Below are positions 10,085-22,657 of a stretch of DNA of 32,000 nt, piece after piece. The notes beneath the pieces were generated by a model. That model was not told the origin of the DNA. It saw only the letters and a program-made list of their open reading frames with translations, and did not search any database. Position numbers and translations under genes: made by a program. The stretch is taken from NCBI RefSeq assembly GCF_000008305.1, contig NC_006055.1, positions 30,001 to 62,000 of the forward strand, in the 5' to 3' direction. The DNA is from Mesoplasma florum L1 (lineage in GTDB: Bacteria; Bacillota_I; Bacilli_A; Mycoplasmatales; Mycoplasmataceae). Each line of letters begins with the position of its first letter. The first letter of the stretch is position 1.

Positions 10085-10144
10085 TATAAGTTTTGTTGTT
10101 TGAATTTTATTTTGTTAAAATAAATAAAAGAAAAGAGTGATTTT

Positions 10145-10462
10145 ATGCCAATCTTAAAATTCAACGGTACTACTGAAGAAAAAGTAAAAGAATATTCAAA
10201 AAAAATAAACGAGATAGCTGACTTAATTGTTTCAAAGCCTGAAGCAATTTTAATGATGGTTAACAACAACAATATTTTTGTAGCTAAAAACACAAATAAA
10301 AGAATTTATGTTGAAGTAGACTGACTTAAAAGATCTGAAGAATCAAGAGTTTTATTAGTTCAACACTTAACCAATTTTTTTGGTAACCAAGGGGTTAATG
10401 TATCTGTAAAATTTACTGAAATAAATAATGACTTATACGTTAATAACGAAAAAAGAGGATAA
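10145..10462 (+). CDS. MIF / tautomerase-superfamily-like small protein, 105 aa
   Basis: Starts MPILKF, so Pro-1 would be exposed after Met removal. By eye it aligns with MIF: KPEAILMMVNNNNIFV against KPPQYIAVHVVPDQLMAF, and VNVSVKFTEINNDLYVNN against RVYINYYDMNAANVGWNN. One in-frame TGA. Absent from the track. Confidence 0.55.
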
Positions 10463-10464
10463 GT

Positions 10465-11442
10465 ATGAAAATAGGAAATGTAGAAATAAAAGGTAAATTA
10501 GTTCAAGGGCCAATGGCTGGTGTATCTAATCCACCATTTAGATTAATATCAAAAGAAAAAGGTGCTGATTTAGTTTGTGCTGAAATGGTTTCTGTAGAAG
10601 GAATGACACATAACAACAAAAAAACATTTAGCATGTTAGCAGTTGAAAAAAAAGAACACCCAATGAGTATGCAAATTTTTGGGAATGATGTTGAATCATT
10701 TATTGTGGCGACAAAGTGAATTGATGAAAATGTTGATTGTGACATTATAGATTTAAACATTGGTTGTCCTGCACCAAAAGTAGCTGTTAGATCAGCGAGT
10801 GGATCAAGTTTATTAAAGACACCGGAATTAATATATGACATTGTAAAAGCAGTTGTTGAAAATACATCAAAGCCAGTTACTGCAAAAATTAGATTAGGTT
10901 GAGATAAAGAAAGTGTTAATGCTGTTGAAGTTTCTAAATTAATTGAAAAAGCAGGAGCTAGCGGAATTACTGTTCATGGAAGAACAAGAAGTGAATTTTA
11001 TTCAGGCCATGCAGATTGAGAAAAAATAAAAGAAGTTAAAGAAGCTGTAAATATTCCAGTTATTGGTAATGGTGATGTTATTGACGGGCCAAGCGCAAAA
11101 GCAATGTTAGAATTAACTGGTTGTGATGGAGTAATGATTTCAAGAGGATGCCAAGGTAATCCTTGAATTTTTAGAGAAATTGCACACTTTTTAGAGACAG
11201 GTGAAGAATTAGATAAGCCAAGTTTTGCAGAATGAAAAGAAACAGTATTGAAGCATGCTAAAATGTTAATAGATTATAAACAAGACGAAGGTAGTGCAAT
11301 TAGAGAATTTAGAAAACATTTAACTTGATATTTTGCAGCATTGCCAAAAACAGAAATTTTAAATCAGTTAAAAGAAGAAGCAAATAAGATTAACACATTT
11401 AGTGATTTAGAAAATATTATAGAAAAGTATAAAGAGGTATAA
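10465..11442 (+). CDS. dusB: tRNA-dihydrouridine synthase
   Basis: N-terminus LVQGPMAGVSNPPFRLI...GADLVCAEMVS, then NIGCPAPKV, and HGRTR with conserved spacing. Joined through several TGA codons. The dusB-lysS adjacency is typical of Firmicutes and Mollicutes. Confidence 0.9.
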
Positions 11443-11443
11443 A

Positions 11444-12943
<1,500 letters not shown>

Positions 12944-12951
12944 TATGTTAA

Positions 12952-12980
12952 AAAACAAACCTTAATGGTTTGTTTTCTTT
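12952..12980. terminator. Bidirectional intrinsic terminator between convergent genes
   Basis: Stem aacaaacc (12954-12961) / ggtttgtt (12967-12974), flanked by an A-run and a T-run. Confidence 0.7.
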
Positions 12981-13698
12981 ATGCATTGGCTATACTGTTA
13001 GCTTCTTCGTCTAATATTAAGGTAAAGAAAGGATGTAGTGTTAATATTGAAGAAGGAACTTTTTCAATAACTGGACCATTAACAATTTGATCAATAACCT
13101 CAGCTTTGCCTTTTCCATTTGCAATCATAATAATATTTCTTGCAGCCATAATATCTCTAGGTCCCATTGTTACAAACTGATCATGAAATAAGTTTAGGTC
13201 TAGTTTAGGAACGCTAATATTTCCTTCTAAGTCAATATTATTTATAAGTCTTGTTTTGTCACCAAATTTTGTAACACCAGACATGTTTCCACAAAAATGA
13301 CCATCTATACCAATTCCCAAAAGAACGACATCTAGACCACCATCTTTGTATAATTGATCTATATATTCTTTATAATTTAGAACATTTAGTCTATGAATAT
13401 TTTTTTGTTTAATTTTTGCTTTGCTAAAAAGCAATTCTTCTAAATCTTTACTGGTAATACCTGTTGAAAGGTCATTTCTAAAAGGCACTTCATCAAAGTT
13501 ATAGAAGTGTATTTTATCTAAGTATGCAAGTTCATTTAAAATACTTATTATTTTTGAGTAAAATAGTTTTGGACTATTACCACCAGTTACAGAAACATTA
13601 ATTCGCTCTTTGTGCTTATTTTTTTCAAGTATTTCCATGAAAGCTTCAATTGTTTTATCGGTCATGCTTTCATAATCTTTTGTTTTTATTATTTTCAT
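12979..13698 (-). CDS. NagB/Pgl-family sugar-phosphate isomerase/deaminase or lactonase (glucosamine-6-P deaminase-like), 239 aa
   Basis: Intact 239-aa ORF with RBS aagagg. Family motifs VSVTGGNSP and LLGIGIDGH. The residues after DGH (FCGNMSG) differ from the NagB pattern I recall (IAFNEP), so the substrate is uncertain. Confidence 0.65.
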   Translation of the reverse strand: MKIIKTKDYESMTDKTIEAFMEILEKNKHKERINVSVTGGNSPKLFYSKIISILNELAYLDKIHFYNFDEVPFRNDLSTGITSKDLEELLFSKAKIKQKNIHRLNVLNYKEYIDQLYKDGGLDVVLLGIGIDGHFCGNMSGVTKFGDKTRLINNIDLEGNISVPKLDLNLFHDQFVTMGPRDIMAARNIIMIANGKGKAEVIDQIVNGPVIEKVPSSILTLHPFFTLILDEEANSIANA

Positions 13699-13809
13699 AT
13701 GTTTACCTCTTTGTATATAATTAATATAAGTTTTAATTTATTGAAATGTGTAAAAAATATTTTTTAAGTAAACTACTTTACTAATCTAAAATTTATTTCT
13801 AGGAGGATT

Positions 13810-14535
13810 ATGGAAAATTTTTACGAAAAACTAGAGTATCTATCAAAAGGTTATGTTGATTCTGCTTATAAAAATATGTCAGTAAGTTTATTGTCATCAA
13901 TTAGGAATGGGAATTTTAAAAAATCAAAAGAGTTGGCCGAAGAATGTTTTGTAAGTGAATCAACTGTTACAAAGTTTAGTAAGTACTTGGGTTTTTCTGG
14001 ATATAGAGAAATGATATTTTTTTTAAAAGAAGACCATAATTCTTTTTTTGTTAAAAAGACAACTAAAAAAAATAAGAATTTTTCTAGCTTAATAGAATGA
14101 ATATCATTGCATGAAGACTTTATTGATAAATTATGCAAAGCAATTGAAGTAAAGAATGTACAAGTTAATATATTTGGCTCATATCAGTTACAGGAATCTA
14201 TTAGTTTATTGAATAAACTTTTACTTTCATTTGACATTGATTCTAAAATACTTTATCAAAATGTTTTATTTGCTAACACTAAAATTTCAAAGCAAGCTGT
14301 AAACATTATATTTTTTTCTGGAAGAGATAACGAAACTTTAGAAATATTTTTGCAAGAAATAAATAAAAGCAAAAAGCAAATAAAAAACTTTTTAGTTATT
14401 AGTGAAAAACAAAAGAATAAAGTTAAGTTTGAATGCGAACAAATACAATTTAGTCAGGATCATTCTTTTGTTAACAGAAACTTATCTGTTATGATGATGT
14501 GTCATGAAATAGCAAATAAATTGTCGTTAAAGTAA
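13810..14535 (+). CDS. RpiR-family transcriptional regulator (HTH + SIS domain), 241 aa
   Basis: N-terminal HTH_6-like segment SKELAEECFVSESTVTKFSKYLGFSGYREM. ORFs 13810 and 14107 are in one frame, joined by TGA. Divergent from the NagB-family gene. Confidence 0.8.
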
Positions 14536-14549
14536 TTATTAAATAAAGA

Positions 14550-14592
14550 CAAGTACTTTACAAAAAGTAGGGCTTGTTTTTTTTTTTTTTTT
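14550..14592 (+). terminator. Intrinsic terminator ending in a T16 homopolymer
   Basis: Interrupted stem caagtacttt / aaagta(ggg)cttg (14550-14576), followed by 16 consecutive T (14577-14592). Confidence 0.6.
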
Positions 14593-14619
14593 GCTTTCTC
14601 CAAAATAGAACAATAAATT
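14591..14619 (+). promoter_or_regulatory. Candidate sigma-70-type promoter of the PTS-bgl operon
   Basis: -35 TTGCTT (14591-14596), a 17-nt spacer, -10 TAAATT (14614-14619). The -35 overlaps the end of the T16 tract. Confidence 0.4.
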
Positions 14620-14648
14620 GGAAAATATTATTGAAAGGAAATAAAAAT

Positions 14649-17225
14649 ATGGAAATTAAAATATATGCTCCCGTAAATTGTGAAGTTAAATCAATGCAAA
14701 AATGCAGTGACCCAACTTTTGCAGGAAAAATGCTAGGTGACGGAATCGTTATTGAACCCAAGAATAATGTTTTCACATCTCCATTTGAAAATGCAACATG
14801 CACAATGGTTTTCGAGACAAAACACGCGTACGGTTTTGAAGTTCAAGGTTGTGAGTTCTTAATTCACTGTGGAATAGACACTGTTAATTTAAATGGAAAA
14901 CCATTCAAAACTAATTTACGACAAAATATGTCTGTAAAATTAGGTGATCAAATTTTTTCAGTTGATTTAAAATCAATTAGAGAAAATAACCTTTCAACAG
15001 AAACACCTATAATTTTTACAAGTACAGATAAAAAAATAAAAATTAAAAAATTCAAAGAAGGAACTTATAAAAAAGGAGAATTAATTTGTGTTTTTGAGGT
15101 TACTTCTGAAATAAAAAAGAAAGCTAAAATCGAAAAAGAAAATGAAGATATTATTAAATTTGAAAGTAAGTATGCAAAAACAGCAAAAGAGTTCATTGAA
15201 CTAGTTGGTGGTAGACAAAACTTTTCTGATGTTTATAACTGTATGACAAGACTTAGATTCAAAATTAAAAATAAGGATCTTGTTGATTCAACCAAAATAG
15301 AAAAAAACTCTATTGTAAAAGGAATCAATTGAAATGGTTCAGAATTACAAGTTATTATTGGAGGTGAGTGCTACAAAGTTAAAGATGAAATTTTAAAACT
15401 TGATAATGCTCAAGTTGAAATATCATCACAAGGCACTGAAGAAATTGCAACTTCAACTTTATCTCAAAAAATATTTGCAGCCATTGCAGGTATTATGGCG
15501 CCCAACATTCCTATTTTAATGAGTGCAGGTATAATCGCTGCAATTTATTCAATACTAAATACTATTGGTGTAACAGTAGATTTAGGTAGTGGAGATAAAA
15601 CAATTGAAGCAGATATGCTGTCATTAATATTGTTCGTATTATCTAAATCAGGAATTTTACTAATTGGTGTGTTCTTTTGTTATAACACAACCAAATATTT
15701 TGGTGGAGACCCATTATATGGTTTGTTAATAGGAATAATATTAGCATCTAGATTCTTTATGGGAACAGGTGCTGAATCAAATGCTATAACTAATCCATCA
15801 GAATATGAATTTGGTAAATTTATAATGGATGCACAATTTGGTTCTAGAGGATGATACTTATTCTCAATTTCAAATTATCCAATTGTTATTAAATCTTATG
15901 AAGGTAGTGTTCTACCTTATCTAGCAGCAGGTATTATGGCTGTTTATATTGACATTTGAGTAAAAAAATGAATGCCAGCAGCAATTGATATTGTGTTTAG
16001 AGCAGCAATAGTTGTTGTTCTAACAGTAGTTCCTGTTTTATTTGTAATTGGACCGGCGTTATCATTAGTTGAATTTGGTATGACATATGTTGTAAAAGGG
16101 CTGGGATATATTCCGCTTGGAATAGGTGTAGGTTTATTTGCGATGATATGACAACCACTTGTTTTAACAGGGGTTCACGTGGGAGTGGCAATGACATTGT
16201 TAATTCCATTAATGACTCAACAAGAACCAAGTATATTCTTACCAGCATTGCAGATCGCTGTATTTGCTCAAGTAGGAGCCTGTTTAGGAGTTGCAATTCT
16301 AACTAAAAACCCAATGGAAAGAAGAGTAGCATTAGGAGCAATACCAGGAGGGGTATTTGGTATTACAGAACCAATTATTTACTCAACTAACTTGCCTAAA
16401 GTGAAACCTTTCTTAGTAGGTTGTGTTGCTGCCTTTGTAGGTGGAACAATTTCAGGTATTATTGGTATTGCTCAAGTTAACCCAGGTGCAGCACAGGGAT
16501 TCTTATACATCCTTGGTGTTGATGGTTTAACAAATCAACTATTACTTGCTCTGATCTTTGTTATAACAGTTGCAGTTGCTTTAGGACTTATGTTCTTAAC
16601 ATATTCACAAAAAGTAAATGAAACAAAATACTCACAAAAATTAAATAAAAAAATTGATTCAATTTTAAAAAATACAAAATTATCAGAAAAAGCTAAAAAA
16701 GAAATAAATGAAAAACTTTTAGCAATTACAGAAATGTTTAAAGAAAACAAAGAAGCTTATTTAAAATATGAAAAATACATTCAAAATATTTCAAAATTTG
16801 AAGCTTCATTAATTTCACTAGAAGAAAAAGAAGAAAAACATAAAACTAAATTATTTAACAGAGTTAATAAATTGAAAAAAGCTAAAAAACAAAATGCAGA
16901 ACTAGTTAAAAAAGCAATTGCTGAATTTAATTCTTATAGTTTAGAACAAGAAAAACAAAAAATAGCTGACGAAAAAGAAAATTACATTAAAGAAAATGCT
17001 GAATTAGTTTTAATTTATGAAAAAGCTAAAAAACAAAATGAATTAAGTATTCAGAAATATATTGATTATATTCAAAATCAAGAAACTGTTTCTGAGTTGG
17101 CTAACTATTCAAAACTTTATTCAAATGCCTTAAACAGTGTTGAAATTGGATATGGTTTACAAGATAAAGTCGTTTATAAAATGCCAAAAGAATTTAAAGT
17201 AAAATTAAAAAATAAAGAGGTGTAA
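14649..17225 (+). CDS. PTS transporter EIIA-EIIB-EIIC (glucose/beta-glucoside superfamily) with a 208-aa C-terminal coiled-coil tail, 858 aa
   Basis: EIIA-Glc motifs DPTFAGKMLGDGIVIEP and KHAYGF...LIHCGIDTVNLNG. EIIB motif NCMTRLRF. EIIC motif WQPLVLTGVH. Track ORFs 14574, 15495 and 16179 are in one frame. The real start is ATG 14649, after the RBS aaagga. Confidence 0.9.
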
Positions 17226-17226
17226 T

Positions 17227-18678
17227 ATGAAATTTGAAAAAAAAGATTTTTTATGAGGAGGTGCAACTTCAGCTTCTCAAGTTGAAGGAGCTTTTGATGC
17301 GGAAGGGAAATCATTAACAATTGCAGAAATGAGACCTTTCAATCCAAACCTAGATAGAAAAAGCGTAGATGAATTAAATAAATATACAAGATCTGATTAT
17401 GAGAAATCAATTGATAATAAAGATAACCTTCATTATCCAAAAAGAATTGGCATTGATTTTTATCACAGATATAAAGAAGATATAGCTTTATTCAAAGAAG
17501 CAGGAATGAACATTTATAGAATGTCAATTGCTTGATCAAGAATATTTCCTAATGGTGATGAAGCACAACCAAATGCAGCAGGTATTAAATTTTATAAAGA
17601 TGTATTTGAAGAATGCAAAAAAAATGGAATGGAAGTAATGTTAACTATTCAACATTATGATGTACCATATCCAATAACAAAAAAATATGGTGGTTGATCA
17701 AACAAAAAAGTTATTGATTTATACATTAAATTTGCAACAGTTATTATGAAAGAATACAAAGACTTAGTTAAATATTGATTACCATTCAATGAAATCAACG
17801 TAGCTACATTAGCTCCAACAACAGGTTTAGGTATTTTTAGAGAAGACTTTGATACTACTGAAGATTATAAAAATGCTTCATGACAAGGTTTACATAATCA
17901 ATTTTATGCCCAAGCAAAAGTTATTGAGCTAGCAAAATCTATTTCAAGCAATATTAAAATTGGGTGTATGGTTGCTAACATGACAACATACTCATCAGAT
18001 TGTAACCCTGTAAATATTTGAGAAAATTTAGCTACTCAACAAATGCAAAGATATTTCTACTATGATGTAATGGTAAAAGGAGATTATCCATCATATTCAA
18101 AAAGATATTTCAAAGAAAATAATATTAAATTTGAAACAACTCCTGAAGAAATGGAAGTAATTAAAAATAATAATATTCAATATATTACATTTAGTTACTA
18201 TATGACATCAACAATTTCAAAAGAATTAAAAGATGCAGCAGGTGGTAATTTAATGATGGGTGGAAAAAACCCATTCTTAAAAGCAACTGAATGGGGATGA
18301 CAAATTGATCCTATTGGTTTAAGAATAACTTTAAATGAACTATGAGATAGATATCAATTGCCTTTATTCATTTCAGAAAATGGAATTGGTGTAATTGAAA
18401 CTTTAAATGAAAATAACACAGTTGATGATGATTATAGAATAGAATATCTATCAAAACATTTTGAACAAATAAACGAAGCAATTAAAGATGGGGTTGATGT
18501 ATTTGGTTATACAATGTGAACTCCAATTGATGTTGTTAGTTTATCAACAAATGAAATGTCAAAAAGATATGGTTTAATATTTGTTGATTATGATGATTAT
18601 CATAAAGGAACTGGAAATAGATTTAAAAAGAAATCATTTGAGTGATTCAAAAACTTTATAAAAACAAAAGAATTATAA
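17227..18678 (+). CDS. 6-phospho-beta-glucosidase (glycoside hydrolase family 1), 483 aa
   Basis: N-terminus FLWGGATSASQVEGA, acid/base WLPFNEIN, nucleophile LFISENGIG. Joined across many TGA codons. Starts 2 nt after the PTS stop. Confidence 0.9.
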
Positions 18679-18682
18679 AAAT

Positions 18683-18710
18683 AAAAAACTTTCTTAGGAA
18701 AGTTTTTTGT
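18683..18710. terminator. Bidirectional intrinsic terminator
   Basis: Stem aaaaaactttc / gaaagtttttt with loop ttag, between convergent genes. Confidence 0.8.
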
Positions 18711-18711
18711 C

Positions 18712-19365
18712 TTAATATATTTTATTTTTCAACGGTGTTAATGTATAACAAATAATTGGTATTGTTATCAAATATAATAGTAAATCAAATACAGAGTTAA
18801 CTGCATTAACACTCATTGAATATATTCAAACCCCTTGACCTTCAGGGGCATATTGTCCATAAAATAAAACGCCCGCAAAAGTTTTTGATCAGAAGCCTAA
18901 AAATGAATAAATTATTATAACTAATATAAAAACCCATCTATTTAAAATTCATAAACTAATTCTTTTAACGTTGAATTTAACTCTGTCTCAAAATTTTAAA
19001 TTTACATTTGCTTTTTCTAAATATTGTTTGTACTCTCTTGGAATAAAAACACTGCATAAAGCAACTAAAAGAAGCGGAATAAAATAATCAAATAAATATG
19101 CCAAAGGAATTGCTGAATCGTAGTTTGCAGGCATGAAGAATGCTATTATACCTGCCAAGAAAACAACAATTAGTGTTCGTAATCAATCTGTATAACAAGC
19201 TAAAACAAATAATGGTATAAATTGTAAATTTAATGTTATAAAAAATGGCGGTATACTATATCCCGCTATTAAATTTAATACTAAATACAAAGATAACATC
19301 AAACCCATAACAGCAATATCTTTTGTTGTTATCTTTTTAATGCTCAAATAAAAATATCTTTTCAT
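18712..19365 (-). CDS. thiT: Thiamine transporter, ThiT-like membrane protein, 217 aa
   Basis: The track ORF 19183-19365 continues through TGA codons to TAA at 18712-18714 (frame checked). Polytopic hydrophobic protein. It lies directly downstream of a TPP riboswitch. The function is inferred mainly from that context. Confidence 0.65.
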
Positions 19366-19399
19366 GTAAAAGAACCTCCTACATAAAAAGACAGAAAAA

Positions 19400-19500
19400 A
19401 TATTTTAGGACTTCCTACGCTAGTATTAACTAGATCAGGTTCTAAGAGTATTTCTCAAGCTTTCGCTACCTCTGCCTTCTTACTCTTTAATAGTAGCATT
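19400..19500 (-). promoter_or_regulatory. TPP (THI-box) riboswitch
   Basis: The minus-strand RNA reads ...agcgaaagcuUGAGAaauacucuuagaACCUGAUCUAGUUAAUACUAGCGUAGGAAguccu... This matches the conserved UGAGA and ACCUGAUCUGGAUAAUGCCAGCGUAGGGAA cores of TPP riboswitches. I could not assign P1 confidently. Confidence 0.85.
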
Positions 19501-19556
19501 TTATTTTAAAAAAATAATTTGTTTTTTGGTAAAATTATAAATAACAATAATTATAG

Positions 19557-21100
<1,544 letters not shown>

Positions 21101-21101
<1 letters not shown>

Positions 21102-21124
21102 TGGCTTTATAAGCCATTTTTTTA
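21101..21124 (+). terminator. Intrinsic terminator
   Basis: Stem atggctt / aagccat with a 3-nt loop, followed by a T7 run. Confidence 0.8.
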
Positions 21125-21209
21125 ATATTAAACAAGGATAAAAGTTTGCTATTAAGCCCATAGAGAGTATAATAAATATAGGAATATTTTTTATTTTTTT
21201 ATGTTATTT

Positions 21210-21237
21210 TTGAAAAATTTTCCAAAATTGTATAAAT
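21210..21237 (+). promoter_or_regulatory. Candidate promoter of the nox-lplA-pdh cluster
   Basis: -35 TTGAAA (21210-21215). TG-extended -10 ttgTATAAAT (about 21229-21237). Confidence 0.45.
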
Positions 21238-21245
21238 TTACACAC

Positions 21246-21270
21246 TTTATTGGATATTTATTCCAATAAA
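21246..21270 (+). promoter_or_regulatory. Perfect 9-bp inverted repeat in the nox leader (operator or leader hairpin)
   Basis: tttattgga (21246-21254), 7-nt spacer, tccaataaa (21262-21270). It lies between the candidate -10 and the RBS aagaggag. Confidence 0.4.
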
Positions 21271-21297
21271 TAAAAATTATTAAGAGGAGTTATAAAT

Positions 21298-22656
21298 ATG
21301 AAAGTTATTGTTTTAGGTACTAACCATGCAGGAACAACTGCAGTTAGAACATTAAAAAGACTTAACCCAGAAATCGAAGTTACTACTTATGATAGAAATG
21401 ATGTTATTTCATTTTTAGGATGTGGAATCGCTTTATGAGTTAAAGGTGAAGTTAAAGATCCAAATGGATTATTTTACGCAACACCAGAAATTTTAGAATC
21501 AGAAGGAATCAATGTAAAAATGAAACATGAATGAGTTTCAATTGATGCTGATAAAAAAACTGTTTTAATTAAAAACTTAGAAACAGGTGAAACATTCGAA
21601 GACAATTACGATAAAGTTATTGTTGCAACAGGTACATGACCTTTATTACCACCAATCCCAGGATTAGACTTAAAAGGTGTACAAATTTGTAAAAACTATG
21701 ACCATGCTAAAAAAATTCAACAAGCAAACCTAGATGATTCAATCAAAAAAGTTACTGTTGTAGGAGCTGGATATATTGGAGTTGAATTAGTTGATGCATT
21801 TGTTGCTCATGGTAAAGAAGTTACATTAGTTGACTTTGCTGATAGAATCATGCCAGTATACTATGATGCAGAATTTACAAAACACGTTGAAGAAAGAATG
21901 GAAAAAGCTGGAGTTAAATTAGCTTTAAGCCAAGGTGTTAAAGAATTTAAAGGTGCTAATGGAAAAGTTACACATGTTGTTACTGACAAAGAAGAAATTC
22001 CAACTGATTACGTAATCTTCTCAGTTGGTGTAGTTGCTCAAACTAAACAATTAGAAGGTGTTGTTGAATTAAATGACAGAAAAGCTATTTTAACAAATGA
22101 ATACTGTCAATCATCAAACCCAGATATTTATGCAATTGGAGATTGTTCAACAGTTTTCAATAAAGCATTAAACATGGAAATGCCAATTCAATTAGCAACT
22201 ACTGCAGTTAGAACAGGTATTCTTGCAGCAGCAAATATTGTTAATGGAAATAAATTAGCATCACCAGGTTTCACAGGAGCAAATGGTATTGAAGTATTTG
22301 GATTTAAAATGGCTTCAGCTGGTGTAAGTGAAACAAGTGCTAAAAAAATGGGATTAGATTATGAAGCAATTTTATTATCTGATTCAGACCGTCCAGAATT
22401 TATGTCAACTTATAAAGAAGCTTGAATTAAATTAGTATGAGACAAAAAAACCAGAAAAATTATTGGAGCTCAAGTAGCTAGTGAAAATAACCATACAGAA
22501 ATTATGTATATGCTTTCATTAGGAATTCAAAAAGAATTAACTATTGATGAATTGCCATTAGTTGATATATTCTTCTTACCTCACTTCAACAAGCCATACA
22601 ACTTTGTTACATTAGCAGGTTTAGAAGTATTAGGATTAAATTACTTTAAAAAATAA
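21298..22656 (+). CDS. nox: NADH oxidase (pyridine nucleotide-disulfide oxidoreductase, Cys-sulfenic type), 452 aa
   Basis: N-terminal FAD fold KVIVLGTNHAGT. Redox cysteine context SFLGCGIALW. Second dinucleotide fold VTVVGAGYIGVE. Joined through TGA. Confidence 0.9.
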
Positions 22657-22657
22657 G

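Noticed and set aside
14574-14648. N-terminal extension of the PTS gene (MFFFFFCFLQ...)
   Set aside because: It is simply the translation of the T16 tract and promoter region. ATG 14649 has an RBS and begins the conserved EIIA domain.
16876-17040. Exact 21-nt repeat pair, considered as a CRISPR-like or non-coding repeat
   Set aside because: There are only two copies, both in frame inside the PTS tail and both encoding KAKKQN. This is an internal coding duplication, and I report it under the PTS-tail finding.
21201-21269. 22-codon ORF (MLFLKNFPKLYKFTHFIGYLFQ) in the metG-nox intergenic region
   Set aside because: It has no RBS, it overlaps the candidate nox promoter and inverted repeat, and its composition simply reflects AT-rich non-coding DNA.
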